Source of the DNA: Nitrospiraceae bacterium
GTDB lineage: Bacteria > Nitrospirota > Nitrospiria > Nitrospirales > Nitrospiraceae
Reading direction: 5' to 3'
Assembly (NCBI GenBank): GCA_050246315.1
Contig: JBFWWG010000001.1
Span: forward strand, 608,001-672,000
Length of the DNA: 64,000 nucleotides
Under the pieces are notes generated by a model that saw only the letters and a program-made list of their open reading frames with translations, searched no databases and was not told the origin of the DNA. Numbering within the stretch: the stretch's first letter is position 1; each line of letters starts with the position of its first letter. A program made the position numbers and the translations under genes. This document shows positions 44,417-54,122 of the stretch, piece after piece.

Positions 44417-47400
44417 ATGACGAGCTTGTTACATCAACATAAGCGAAGGCGCCGCCGGGGGACCTTGTTGCCTCTCCAGGCGGCGTTGCTGGCAGGGAGT
44501 TTGGCCGCAGGCCCAGGACTCTTTGCAGCCGGAGAGGGTGACCTCTCCCATGAAGGCCATGCCACTCCGGTGGCGTTGCCTGGATGGACCCAGGCCCTGA
44601 AGGGCCAGACGGTGGTCGAGGATGCCATCGAAGGGCGGGCCGGCCGTTCGGAGAAGATCGAGCTGCAGCACCATCGGGTCATGCGCAAGATGGAAGAGCA
44701 AATGGCGGCCGATGCGCAGGTGCAGCAGACATCCGGTGCATTCAACGGGATGTCGATGATGCACCAGTACATGGGGCAGGATGGTTCGAGCTTCCTGCTC
44801 ATGACGGACCCGTCCAAGGGAGAGCCTGTCTCCCTGTCAGGCGGCAAGTGCCCGTCCGGGGTACCGACCAAGCAGTATGACATCTCGATGATCAACGTCG
44901 AGGTCACGCTGAATCGCTGGTTGGACTTCTATCCCGGTTACATGTATGCGCTGACCAAGGATCTCGACAAAGTCCGCGCGGAAGAGGCCAAGAACAAGGC
45001 GGCCCGCGAGAAGGATGGGTATGACCCAGGAGCGGTCACGACCGGCCTTCAGGGCGACGCGATTCAGCCGCTGGTGCTCCGAGCCAATCAAGGCGACTGC
45101 GTGAAGTTCACTTTGCGCAACCAGATGGAGGGGGAGGACGGGAGCTTGCACATCCAATCCTCCAGCATGGTCGTCAGTGCCACCGGCAAGGCGGCCACGA
45201 CCACCAATCCGGAGTCCATCGTAGAACCGGGCAAGGCGGTCGAGATGGAATGGTACATCCATCCGGGGACTCAAGAAGGGGTTCGCCAGTTCCACTCCTT
45301 CAGTCATGATCGGGAATTGACGGTGTTGGGATTGTTCGGCGCGTTCGTGATCGAGCCGAAGGGCTCGAAGTATCTGGATCCGCTTGGGACCGGGGCCGCG
45401 CCTGACACGCAGAGCGGCTGGCAGGTCATGATCGACAATGGGACCGGGCCCGACTTCCGCGAGTTCGTGATCTTCTATCACGAGATCGGCGACGAGGCTT
45501 TTCGGCCGGTCAACAAGAAGGGCGACTTCCTCCCGCAGCGCGATCCCTTGACCGATGCCTATCGTCCGGGCGGCCGGGCGATCAACTATCGCAGCGAGCC
45601 ATTCGGGATCGATCAGATGCACCTCCAGCACGAGTACTTCGGCTTCGAGGATGAATCGTTGGCCTACAGCGCCTATACCTTCGGCGATGTGCCGACGACG
45701 ATTCCACGCGGCTACCTCGGCGATCCGGTGAAATGGCGCATCGTGCACGGCGGGTCCGAAGTATTCCATTCGCATCATCCGCATAGCGGATCGATCCGCT
45801 GGCAGCGCAGTCCGGGCACAGAGCCCAATTCGCTCTGGGCCGCTGGGCAGGATGGGCCGGTGAAGTATCCGGTCGTGCGCACCAAGTCCGATCGTGTGGA
45901 CGTGGAAGTGATCGGACCATCCGAAGCGTTGGATCTCGAACCGGAATGCGGTGGTGGTGGATGCCAGCACCTCGCCGGCGAGTTCCTCTTCCACTGCCAC
46001 GTGGCGCATCACTACGTCGCGGGCATGTGGGGCTATGGACGGTTCTACAACACCCTGCAGATGGGGGCCGGTCACACGGACACCATGCCCGACATGCGGG
46101 AGTTGCCGGATCGCGCCGGTCGCATGAAGCTGGGGGTCAGCTCGGCTGAGCTGATCGGCAAGACGATCGACTGGTTCGGGAAGACTTTCAAGATCGTCGA
46201 CAAGAACCAGAAGAGCAACTGGAAGTCTGATCCGGTTGTCGTGAACATCAAGGACTGGGTCGAAATGTTCATCCCGGCGCAAGGCAAGCCGGGCCATACG
46301 GACGACGAGAAGGGCCAGATCATGGCCTACGATGCGACTGTGTGGGATTGGAAGTGGGACGGTAACGTCGCCAAGGGTGAACGGGAAAGCACCACGGTGC
46401 ATCCCAAGTATCCCGCAGCGGCAAAGTGGGACGACAGCACCAGACCGGTGATCCAGTTCGACCCGACCACCGGGAAGATGGCCTGGCCGTTGTTCAAGCC
46501 GCACTACGGCAAGCGGGTGCCGTTCTCGGCCAACCACAGCGGGGCGCCCTGGCTGGAGCCGATCCACCAGGACGAAAACGGTGAGCGCACCTCCGAGCCG
46601 GCCAAGCCTGGCGAGCAGGGCAATTGGTCGCTGTGTCCGGAGAATGCGAACCAGAAATTCTACAACATCCACTTCATCCGGCTGCCGATCACCCTGGCGA
46701 AGAAACAGGGGAACGAGCCTCCAATTGTTGACAAGGACGGGTTGATCTACGTCCTGCACGAGGAGGAGCGGGTGACGCGCGCCAATGATGACCTGAAGTA
46801 TCCCTTGGTCATCCGCGCGAACGTCTACGATTGCGTAGACGTGGTGCTGACCAGCGAGTGGGACGATGACGACTTCACGAATTTCCAAGCGTCGAAGATC
46901 AACATCCATCCCCACTTCTTCCAATTCGACACGGGGAACTCCGACGGCGTGATCTCGGGATTCGAGTACGAGATGTCCACCCGTCCGTTCACGCAGTTCT
47001 CGAAGCCGAAGAAGACCGGTTTGCCGGTTCCGATGAACAGCAAGCTGGTGGAGGGTGTGAAGGCGGGGGCCAAGTCCATCAAGGTGAAGTTGGCCGCCGG
47101 TGCGAGCAAGTATCATGTCAACACCGAAATGCTTGTGGGGGCCGATTGTCTCCGCCCGCACAAGGATCCCTCGGTCTCCGTGGACCGCGATTTCAGTTGT
47201 TCCGAGGTCGCGCGCATCAAGGAGATCAACGGTGACACGCTCACGTTCTTCAAGCCGCTGAAGCACGACCATCCGGCCGGCGATATCGTGACGCCGGAGT
47301 TCGTGCGCTATCGGTGGTGGGTGGACGTGGATATGGGGACCGTGTTCTGGCACGACCATGCGTTCGGCGCCACGACCTGGCCGCACGGCGGGTTCGGCGT

Positions 47401-49369
47401 GACTTTGGTCGAGCCCTTTGGGGCAACGTACCACGATCCCAAGAACGGCAAGAAGGTGTGGAGCGGTCCGATTGCGGACATCCACGCCAATGAGCCGATC
47501 GGCCACGGCGTGAGCGGCAGCTTCCGTGAGCTCATGGTCTCCATCCATGACACGGTGCCGCACACCGTGAACATCATCCAGGCCGGCAACCCGCCCGGGC
47601 AGCCGGTCGAAGTGGCGTTGGAGGCCGGAAAAACCGTGTCCTTCCAGATGCCGGAGAAGATCCAGAATGCGCCGAATCCGTACCTCAACGGCGGCACGCA
47701 TACGACCGGCAGCGGCTTCAACTTCAGGGCCGAGCCGTTCCAACTGCGGCTGAACAACAATCCGGACACGTCGAAGTTGTTCAGCAGCACGATCCATGGA
47801 GACCCGGATACGCCGCTGCTTCGCGCGTACGTCGGTGACACCATGGTGTTCCGGTTGTTGCATCAATTGATGAACGAATCGCACGTGTGGACGATCGCGG
47901 GCCATACCTTCCTCACGGAACGGTACGCCGGGGACGCCAATCGGAAGAACTCGATCCACGTCGGGATCGCCGAGCGGTACGACCTGGTGACCAAGGCCGG
48001 CGGCTTCCAGGGCATGCCGGGTGACTACATCCACTTCAACGGCCGAAGCTCGCACTTCGCCGAAGGCGGATGGGGCATCGTGCGCGTGCTCGACAAGCCG
48101 GTGGCGGATCTGAAGCCGTTGCCGAAGGGTACGAATCCGATAGGGATTCCGCCCATTCCTTCCTCGGTCTGTCCAGCCGGCGCGCCGGCGAAGAACTTCA
48201 ATGTGGTGGCGTTGGATCGCCCGTTGAAGCTGAATCCCAAGGCGCCGGACGCGATCGAGGTGGACTTCGAGCGCAAGATCGAAATGACCGTGCCGGAAGG
48301 CAAGATCTTCGCGCTGGAGGATGAGGTCACCAAGGTGGCGGGGGATGTGATGCCGCATCCGCTCACGCTTCGAGTGAACCTCGGCGACTGCATCAAAGTG
48401 AACCTGAAAAACAAGATGAAGAACAGCCGGGCTTCCTTCTTCGCGCCCGGGCTGGCCTTTGACCCCAGGGATTCACAGGGTCTGAACGTCGGCAACAACG
48501 GCGGCGAGCAGACGGTGGGTTCGGGGGAGAGCCGCACCTACACCTTCTACGCGCATCCAGACAACAAGGAGACGACGTCGCTGGTGTGGGACGGCGGGAA
48601 CATTGTCGTGAATCCGCGCAACGGTCTCTATGGGGCGATCATCGTCGGACCGCGCGGGTCGCAGTACCGCGATCCGGTGAGCGGCGAGGATCTCTCGCAG
48701 AAGAACGCCTGGCGCGCGGACGTGATCGTCGATGCGTCGCTGCCCGAGAACGCGGGCAAGCGGAATTACCGGGATGTGGCCCTCTTCTTCCAGGATGAGG
48801 ACAACATCATCGGCACCGCGTTCATGCCCTATGTCCAGAACGTGGCGGGGTTGACGGCCGTGAACTACCGGTCGGAGCCCTACAAGTTCCGTGAGGAGCA
48901 GGGGTGTAACCTTGGGAAGATCTTCCAGCCTTGCACGGTGGATAAGCCCGAGGATCCGATCACCCCGCTCATCGAAGCGCACGCGGGCGATCCGGTTCGG
49001 ATCCATGTGATCGGCGCCAATAGCGAACAGAACGGCATGTTCTCGGTGGAAGGCCATGAGTGGCCGATCGAGCCCTATATGCCGGGTGCCGACATGATCA
49101 GCACGGTGGAGTACTCCGGGTCTGAAACCCTGGACGTGTTCCTCCGCGGCGGGGCGGGCGGACCGTATCGGTTGGCCGGAGATTACCTCTGGTCCAATCA
49201 GCGGCTCCCGTACACGCAATCCGGACAGTGGGGGTATTTCCGGGTGCTGCCGGCGGGCGATCAGCGGGTCCTCCCGCTGGGAGCGGCTGCGGCGGCAGGC
49301 CGGCGGGCCGAAGCGGAACCGGCACAACCGGTCAGGGAAGCACAGGCAGTTCCCACAGCCGCACGGTAG
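44417..49369 (+). CDS. Very large (~1650 aa) exported multicopper oxidase, MnxG/ceruloplasmin-like multidomain
   Basis: Arg-rich, probably Tat, leader RRRRRGTLL; Cu motifs FHSFSH, HSHHPH, FHCHVAHHYVAGM, INIHPH, FWHDH, ESHVW..GH; SD AAGGAGG. Confidence 0.9.
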   Translation: MTSLLHQHKRRRRRGTLLPLQAALLAGSLAAGPGLFAAGEGDLSHEGHATPVALPGWTQALKGQTVVEDAIEGRAGRSEKIELQHHRVMRKMEEQMAADAQVQQTSGAFNGMSMMHQYMGQDGSSFLLMTDPSKGEPVSLSGGKCPSGVPTKQYDISMINVEVTLNRWLDFYPGYMYALTKDLDKVRAEEAKNKAAREKDGYDPGAVTTGLQGDAIQPLVLRANQGDCVKFTLRNQMEGEDGSLHIQSSSMVVSATGKAATTTNPESIVEPGKAVEMEWYIHPGTQEGVRQFHSFSHDRELTVLGLFGAFVIEPKGSKYLDPLGTGAAPDTQSGWQVMIDNGTGPDFREFVIFYHEIGDEAFRPVNKKGDFLPQRDPLTDAYRPGGRAINYRSEPFGIDQMHLQHEYFGFEDESLAYSAYTFGDVPTTIPRGYLGDPVKWRIVHGGSEVFHSHHPHSGSIRWQRSPGTEPNSLWAAGQDGPVKYPVVRTKSDRVDVEVIGPSEALDLEPECGGGGCQHLAGEFLFHCHVAHHYVAGMWGYGRFYNTLQMGAGHTDTMPDMRELPDRAGRMKLGVSSAELIGKTIDWFGKTFKIVDKNQKSNWKSDPVVVNIKDWVEMFIPAQGKPGHTDDEKGQIMAYDATVWDWKWDGNVAKGERESTTVHPKYPAAAKWDDSTRPVIQFDPTTGKMAWPLFKPHYGKRVPFSANHSGAPWLEPIHQDENGERTSEPAKPGEQGNWSLCPENANQKFYNIHFIRLPITLAKKQGNEPPIVDKDGLIYVLHEEERVTRANDDLKYPLVIRANVYDCVDVVLTSEWDDDDFTNFQASKINIHPHFFQFDTGNSDGVISGFEYEMSTRPFTQFSKPKKTGLPVPMNSKLVEGVKAGAKSIKVKLAAGASKYHVNTEMLVGADCLRPHKDPSVSVDRDFSCSEVARIKEINGDTLTFFKPLKHDHPAGDIVTPEFVRYRWWVDVDMGTVFWHDHAFGATTWPHGGFGVTLVEPFGATYHDPKNGKKVWSGPIADIHANEPIGHGVSGSFRELMVSIHDTVPHTVNIIQAGNPPGQPVEVALEAGKTVSFQMPEKIQNAPNPYLNGGTHTTGSGFNFRAEPFQLRLNNNPDTSKLFSSTIHGDPDTPLLRAYVGDTMVFRLLHQLMNESHVWTIAGHTFLTERYAGDANRKNSIHVGIAERYDLVTKAGGFQGMPGDYIHFNGRSSHFAEGGWGIVRVLDKPVADLKPLPKGTNPIGIPPIPSSVCPAGAPAKNFNVVALDRPLKLNPKAPDAIEVDFERKIEMTVPEGKIFALEDEVTKVAGDVMPHPLTLRVNLGDCIKVNLKNKMKNSRASFFAPGLAFDPRDSQGLNVGNNGGEQTVGSGESRTYTFYAHPDNKETTSLVWDGGNIVVNPRNGLYGAIIVGPRGSQYRDPVSGEDLSQKNAWRADVIVDASLPENAGKRNYRDVALFFQDEDNIIGTAFMPYVQNVAGLTAVNYRSEPYKFREEQGCNLGKIFQPCTVDKPEDPITPLIEAHAGDPVRIHVIGANSEQNGMFSVEGHEWPIEPYMPGADMISTVEYSGSETLDVFLRGGAGGPYRLAGDYLWSNQRLPYTQSGQWGYFRVLPAGDQRVLPLGAAAAAGRRAEAEPAQPVREAQAVPTAAR

Positions 49370-49397
49370 TCCGGTTCTGACAGAGCAGTGAGGACCT

Positions 49398-49440
49398 GGG
49401 GGAGCTGCGTGGAGTCCATGCGGCTCCCCCGTTCTCTTTT
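49398..49440 (+). terminator. Hairpin/terminator after the MCO gene
   Basis: GGGGGAGCTGCGTGG-AGT-CCATGCGGCTCCCCC followed by a T-rich tail. Confidence 0.55.
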
Positions 49441-49587
49441 AGAACGTAAAGGGTTGAGTATTGGGGATCACGTGCTGGATGAGCGAAGGTTGGTGTGCAG
49501 ACGAGAGAATCACCGAAGGCTGTTCTTCGGCGGCGTCCATGAAGGGGGGCGTCGCCCAGTGAGCCGCCGGTTCTAGCAAAGCTTGGT

Positions 49588-50544
49588 ATGGAGGCCGGAA
49601 TGGGTAGTCACACAATGACCAGATGGGTAGCGGTGTTGGTGCTGGGGGGGTGGCTATGGGCTGGTCAAGCCCGTGCCTATGAAGAGATCACCGTATCGGA
49701 CGGTGGGACCGTCACCGGGGTCGTCACGCTTGACGGAAAGGTTCCTAAGCCCAAGGGGTACAACTTGACGACGTTGCCGGACCCGTTTTACTGCGGGCGC
49801 ATCTCGGATGGGGCGGGCTGGCGCATCTTGCAGCCGTTTCAGGTTGGGCCGGGAGGCGAGTTTCGCGATGTCGTCGTCTACTTGGAAGGCATTGAAAAAG
49901 GCAAGCCCTTTGAGGACACGGGGATCCCGCAGATCGAAGCGAAAGATTGTCTCTTCGTCCCGTTCACGACGGTGGTCCGGGACAGTCAAACGGTGACGGT
50001 GGTCAACATGGACCCCGTCATGCACGACATTCAAGCTTACGAAACCTCGCATTTGGGTCCGCGCGTGCTGTTCAACGTGCCGCTGCCGATGAACCCGCAG
50101 CATCCGCGTGAGTTGAAAGATCGGACCGACGCCGGCCTGTATCACCGGCATATGGCCGGCGCGCCGATGAAGCAACTGGTCAATCTCAGCAAGGGGCGCC
50201 GAATCTTCGTCATGCAGTGCGGCTTCCATGCCTACATGGAGAGCTGGGGTCTGGCCGTGATGAACCCCTACTTCGCTAAGACGGACGAGCGAGGCCGGTT
50301 CACCCTGTCGGATGTGCCGCCGGGTACCTACAAACTGGTCGTCTGGCACCCCTATGTTCGTTCGGCGACGGAACGAACCGTGACCATCGGTCCGAAGGAG
50401 AAGGTAGACGTGACGATTGCGGTCTCGGCCCCAACGGGGAGGCTCTATGCCAACGAGGTGTTGGATCATCCGTACAATCGTTACAGCGTGACCGAGGAAA
50501 CGCAGCAGGAAATCGATCCCCTGCTGCAGAAGCAGGATCGCTGA
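49588..50544 (+). CDS. Exported protein with a carboxypeptidase-regulatory-like domain and an internal cupredoxin-like copper site
   Basis: Signal peptide; GGTVTGVV, DVVVYLEG, MHDIQ, QCGFHAYM, TDERGRFTLSDVPPGTYKLVVWHP. Confidence 0.8.
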   Translation: MEAGMGSHTMTRWVAVLVLGGWLWAGQARAYEEITVSDGGTVTGVVTLDGKVPKPKGYNLTTLPDPFYCGRISDGAGWRILQPFQVGPGGEFRDVVVYLEGIEKGKPFEDTGIPQIEAKDCLFVPFTTVVRDSQTVTVVNMDPVMHDIQAYETSHLGPRVLFNVPLPMNPQHPRELKDRTDAGLYHRHMAGAPMKQLVNLSKGRRIFVMQCGFHAYMESWGLAVMNPYFAKTDERGRFTLSDVPPGTYKLVVWHPYVRSATERTVTIGPKEKVDVTIAVSAPTGRLYANEVLDHPYNRYSVTEETQQEIDPLLQKQDR

Positions 50545-50784
50545 ACATAGCCAAGACGTTGATGGTCAACGGTCGGTCGTGATGTCGTTCGTCTGGGAAT
50601 GAGGCTTGACGAATGATGATGATTCAGAGGACGCCGCTGTTGCGAGGACGGTCCAGGCAGCCGATCGGCGAATGCGCCGGAGGTCTGGATACCGTGGACG
50701 AATCGATCGTTCGATGGAGCTGGCTCGTCCTGGGATGGGGTGCGGTCACGTCTGTCGTTCTGCAGGGTGACGAGGAGGCCGAAC

Positions 50785-51786
50785 ATGAAACCGAATGAAA
50801 CCGATGTGCTCAAGGTCGTGGATAAGGTCGCCACGTTGTTGCTGGGGCTGGCCGTCCTCCTGATGGTGGCCAGCGTGGCATGGGGGCTGGATACGCAGGA
50901 CATCAGCGTCGAGTGGACGCCGGAGGGAAAGCGTCTGGCGATGGAGCGGGCCGCGCTTCCGACCAACGATGTGATGGTCCGCATCCCGGCCGGTGAGTTC
51001 CTGATGGGGAGTGTGCGCCAGGTGGATCGCAACGCCTACCCTGCCGAGTTCCCGCAGCGCCGCGTTTGGCTGGATGCCTACGATATCGACAAGTACGAGG
51101 TGACGGCGCTCCAGTACCTGAAGTTCGTCGTGGCCACCGACCGCCAGCCGCTGTTGGACTGGCGCTACGACGGGGGCAATTTTCAGGAGAACATGGCGCA
51201 TCATCCAGTCATGCACGTGACCTGGTTTGACGCCGATGCCTATTGCAAGTGGGCCGGCAACCGGCTTCCGACCGAAGCGGAGTGGGAAAAAGCGGCCCGA
51301 GGCGAAGACGGTCGTATTTTTCCCTGGGGCAATCAGATGGCCGGGTTGACGCGAGCCAACTACGGCCGGACCGGCCTATCTGGCCCGGTCCGCGATCGCC
51401 CGGAGCGGCTGCTGCTCTATCCTCCGATCATCAGCGTCGAGAAGTATGAGAACTCGGTCAGTCCCTACGGGCTTCATCAAATGGCCGGGAATGTCGCCGA
51501 ATGGGTGGCGGATTGGTACGACCGGGAGTACTACAAATCGGCGTCCGAACGAAATCCCAAGGGGCCTGACTCGGGCACAAACCGAGCCTTCCGCGGCGGT
51601 GGATGGATCGACAGCACTCCGACGGTTCGGGTGGCGCAGCGCAACGGGTCGCCGCCGGATACGAAAATGAACTGGCTTGGATTCCGGTGCGCTCGCGACG
51701 CGCAGGAATCATCGGGTGCGAAACTCTCCCTGGCTCAGCCCGAGAGAATAGGGCCGGCCGACGCCGGACCGAGCAGCGTGCGATGA
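50785..51786 (+). CDS. FGE-sulfatase (SUMF1/NirV/PvdO-like) domain protein
   Basis: IPAGEFLMGS, DKYEVT, PV..VTW.DA.AYCKWAG.RLPTEAEWEKAARG, MAGNVAEW, RGGGW, GFRCA. Confidence 0.92.
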   Translation: MKPNETDVLKVVDKVATLLLGLAVLLMVASVAWGLDTQDISVEWTPEGKRLAMERAALPTNDVMVRIPAGEFLMGSVRQVDRNAYPAEFPQRRVWLDAYDIDKYEVTALQYLKFVVATDRQPLLDWRYDGGNFQENMAHHPVMHVTWFDADAYCKWAGNRLPTEAEWEKAARGEDGRIFPWGNQMAGLTRANYGRTGLSGPVRDRPERLLLYPPIISVEKYENSVSPYGLHQMAGNVAEWVADWYDREYYKSASERNPKGPDSGTNRAFRGGGWIDSTPTVRVAQRNGSPPDTKMNWLGFRCARDAQESSGAKLSLAQPERIGPADAGPSSVR

Positions 51787-51800
51787 TCGACCAGGGGTGA

Positions 51801-51905
51801 TTCGTCAACCGTCATCCGCCACAGGTCAATCGAAAGGAAGCGGAGGCGATGAAGGAGATCCGGTCTCTTCCGAAAATGACGATTGGCCATTGACGGCTGA
51901 TGTCG
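51801..51905. repeat. Heptamer repeat inverted array
   Basis: CGTCAAC CGTCATC CGCCACA GGTCAAT ... AATGACG ATTGGCC ATTGACG GCTGATG. Confidence 0.55.
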
Positions 51906-51969
51906 GTGGTGCACGGCGATTGCCGCAGACATGTTGATGAATCGTGTGGGCGCGATGAGGAGACGACTC

Positions 51970-52725
51970 ATGGCGATCATGCCGCCCGATGTCGAGTCGA
52001 GGCTTCAGCAGATTCGCAACGATCTGGATCTCCAGTTGGTGCACAGCCAATATTGGCTGCAGGATGAATTCGTCGTGCTCGACAAATTGCTGCCGCAGGA
52101 TCTGATGGATGCGATCGTGGCCGAAGCCAGGCTTGTTCAACCCAGCATGAACCGCAATTACGTCCCGGGTCACAAGAAGGGCGGGAGCGTCAGTTTCTAC
52201 ACCTTGCGGGAACAGGCGCCGGCCACGCTCAGCCTGTACCGGTCCTCGGCCTGGCGGTGGCTCCTGAGCCGCATCACGGAATCGGATCTCCTATTGTGTC
52301 CAGAGGACGATCCCCATTCCTGCGCGCTCTATTACTACACCAAGCCCGGTGATCACATCGGATTCCACTACGATACCTCCTACTACAAAGGCCAGCGGTA
52401 CACCGTGCTGATCGGCTTGGTCGAACGATCGGACCATTGCCGACTGGTGGCCCGGGTCCGCACCAAAGGTCAGGCGGAAGAGATCAGGGAGACCAGGATT
52501 CCCATGGGGCCGGGCGCGGTCGTCCTGTTCAACGGCGATCGACTCTGGCACGCCGTGACTCCCTTGGCGGAGGGAGAAGAGCGCATCGTGCTGACGTTGC
52601 AATATGTGACGAATCAGGCGATGGGACCGGCGAAGCGTCTGTTCTCGAACTTGAAGGACGCCTTTGCCTACTTTGGACCGGCCGTGTTGGCGCGGCGCCG
52701 ATCCGGGACTGCCGGGGGAACGTGA
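51970..52725 (+). CDS. 2OG-Fe(II) oxygenase (HxD...H; hydroxylase-type)
   Basis: YYTKPGDHIGFHYD, FNGDRLWHAVTP, EERIVL; SD GAGGAG. Confidence 0.82.
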   Translation: MAIMPPDVESRLQQIRNDLDLQLVHSQYWLQDEFVVLDKLLPQDLMDAIVAEARLVQPSMNRNYVPGHKKGGSVSFYTLREQAPATLSLYRSSAWRWLLSRITESDLLLCPEDDPHSCALYYYTKPGDHIGFHYDTSYYKGQRYTVLIGLVERSDHCRLVARVRTKGQAEEIRETRIPMGPGAVVLFNGDRLWHAVTPLAEGEERIVLTLQYVTNQAMGPAKRLFSNLKDAFAYFGPAVLARRRSGTAGGT

Positions 52726-52847
52726 CCACGCGATCGCACAGGAGGGATGACGGGCGAACGAAACGACTGTGACACGACGAAACAGGCGCTCGGGGCCGGC
52801 CGAACGTTCATGCAATGCACCGATCTCATTCGAGGAGAGACACGAGC

Positions 52848-53546
52848 ATGGACAACCGGCGGTATCGCGAGACATGGATCTGTGTGGGTGTGATCGTGGT
52901 CGTGCTGGGCCTGACAGGGTGGCAGCCTGCCCGGGCGCAGGACGAACTCGGCAACATGGTGTTTTTCAGGGGCGGCTATGTGTACATGTTCAGCGATCGG
53001 GCGAATGAAATTTTCACCGACACGCAGAATGCGTTGGGGCAGGGGAACAATACGGGCGATCAGGGGTGGTATGTCGGGGCCGGACTCGATTTGGTCCTCT
53101 CGAAGGACACCTGGGGGGCGATGAGCAAGACCTGGGTAGTGGGGGAGATTGGTCTGCAATTCAATCGGTTGAACTCGAAGACCGTCACCAGCGCGGTCCC
53201 GACGCTGACGGCACTCGCCGGTGTGCCGCTTGGCGGAGGGACGACGCCGGCTCAGACACAATTGACGATGGTGACGATCAATGTGGCGCCGAAGATCAAG
53301 TTCATGGAAGGGAGCCGGTTTCGCCCCTGGATTATTCCGGTCGGATTGGACATCCACGTCATGAGTCCGCCTTCCAATCAAACGCAGTACCTGGACGTGG
53401 GCGTGCAGTTCGGGGCCGGGTTCGAGTTTCAACTCTGGAAGGCCTTCAAGCTCGGCGCGGATGCCCGGTACCATTTGACCGCCAACCTGACCAACACGAC
53501 GAACAACTATTTCCAGGCGGGACCGTACGTGGGCATTTCGTTTTGA
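52848..53546 (+). CDS. Outer membrane beta-barrel (porin-like) protein
   Basis: Signal peptide AQD; GWYVGAGLD, VAPKIKF, GVQFGAGFEF, LGADARYHL; terminal Phe. Confidence 0.8.
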   Translation: MDNRRYRETWICVGVIVVVLGLTGWQPARAQDELGNMVFFRGGYVYMFSDRANEIFTDTQNALGQGNNTGDQGWYVGAGLDLVLSKDTWGAMSKTWVVGEIGLQFNRLNSKTVTSAVPTLTALAGVPLGGGTTPAQTQLTMVTINVAPKIKFMEGSRFRPWIIPVGLDIHVMSPPSNQTQYLDVGVQFGAGFEFQLWKAFKLGADARYHLTANLTNTTNNYFQAGPYVGISF

Positions 53547-53585
53547 TCTGACAGGCGGGGTTCCATCGCCATGGGAGGATCGGCA

Positions 53586-54122
53586 ATGCGCCTCGACGTT
53601 CGTGTTCCGGCCGCCGCTGTTTGTGAGCGGCGGAACCTGTTCCTGCTGATGTTGGCCGCTTGTGCCGAGATGCATGACAGAGGGAGCCCCGGCGAAACGA
53701 TCGCGACGCTGGATGACTTTCCCGCGCAACTGGATCTGGCGTTAGACCTGGTCGAAGCCGTGAAGCCGCTTCCATCGGTCCGGGCGACCATGAATGGTCG
53801 CCCGGTCGCCAACCTCACCAGACTGTGGCACACGCTCTCGTGCTATCGCGAAAGCTTGGGCGAGACGGATCCCCGGACATTCTGCAGGAGGCAAGCCGTG
53901 CGCGTCGGTGGGACAGGGGGCTGTCCTGATCCCGCCTGCGGCTCGTCCTGCTCCTTCATCTGCGCCCGGTGCTGCCAGCTTGTCGGAGAGGAGGGGCAGA
54001 GGCCGAGCGGGGATCGCCTGTCCAGGGTCGCGGTCGATGCGGAAGTGGACTGGTGTCCCAATCTGCCCTTGTTCCGTTCGAATGAGAACCGGGAGGTCCA
54101 GGATGAACACGATTTACTATGA
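53586..54122 (+). CDS. Cys-rich hypothetical protein
   Basis: SD GGAGG; CPDPACGSSCSFICARCC and WCPNL cluster; overlaps the next gene. Confidence 0.55.
   Translation: MRLDVRVPAAAVCERRNLFLLMLAACAEMHDRGSPGETIATLDDFPAQLDLALDLVEAVKPLPSVRATMNGRPVANLTRLWHTLSCYRESLGETDPRTFCRRQAVRVGGTGGCPDPACGSSCSFICARCCQLVGEEGQRPSGDRLSRVAVDAEVDWCPNLPLFRSNENREVQDEHDLL

Noticed and set aside
44837..48358. 1173-aa ORF on the minus strand
   Set aside because: Antisense shadow of the strongly codon-biased MCO gene; no recognisable motifs.
44417..49369. Calling the MCO a NirK or a proven Mn oxidase
   Set aside because: Its size and motif layout do not match two-domain NirK, and the substrate cannot be determined from sequence alone.
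51970..52725. BesD/HalD-type halogenase call
   Set aside because: The metal motif is HxD (HYD), not HxG/A, so a hydroxylase is more likely.
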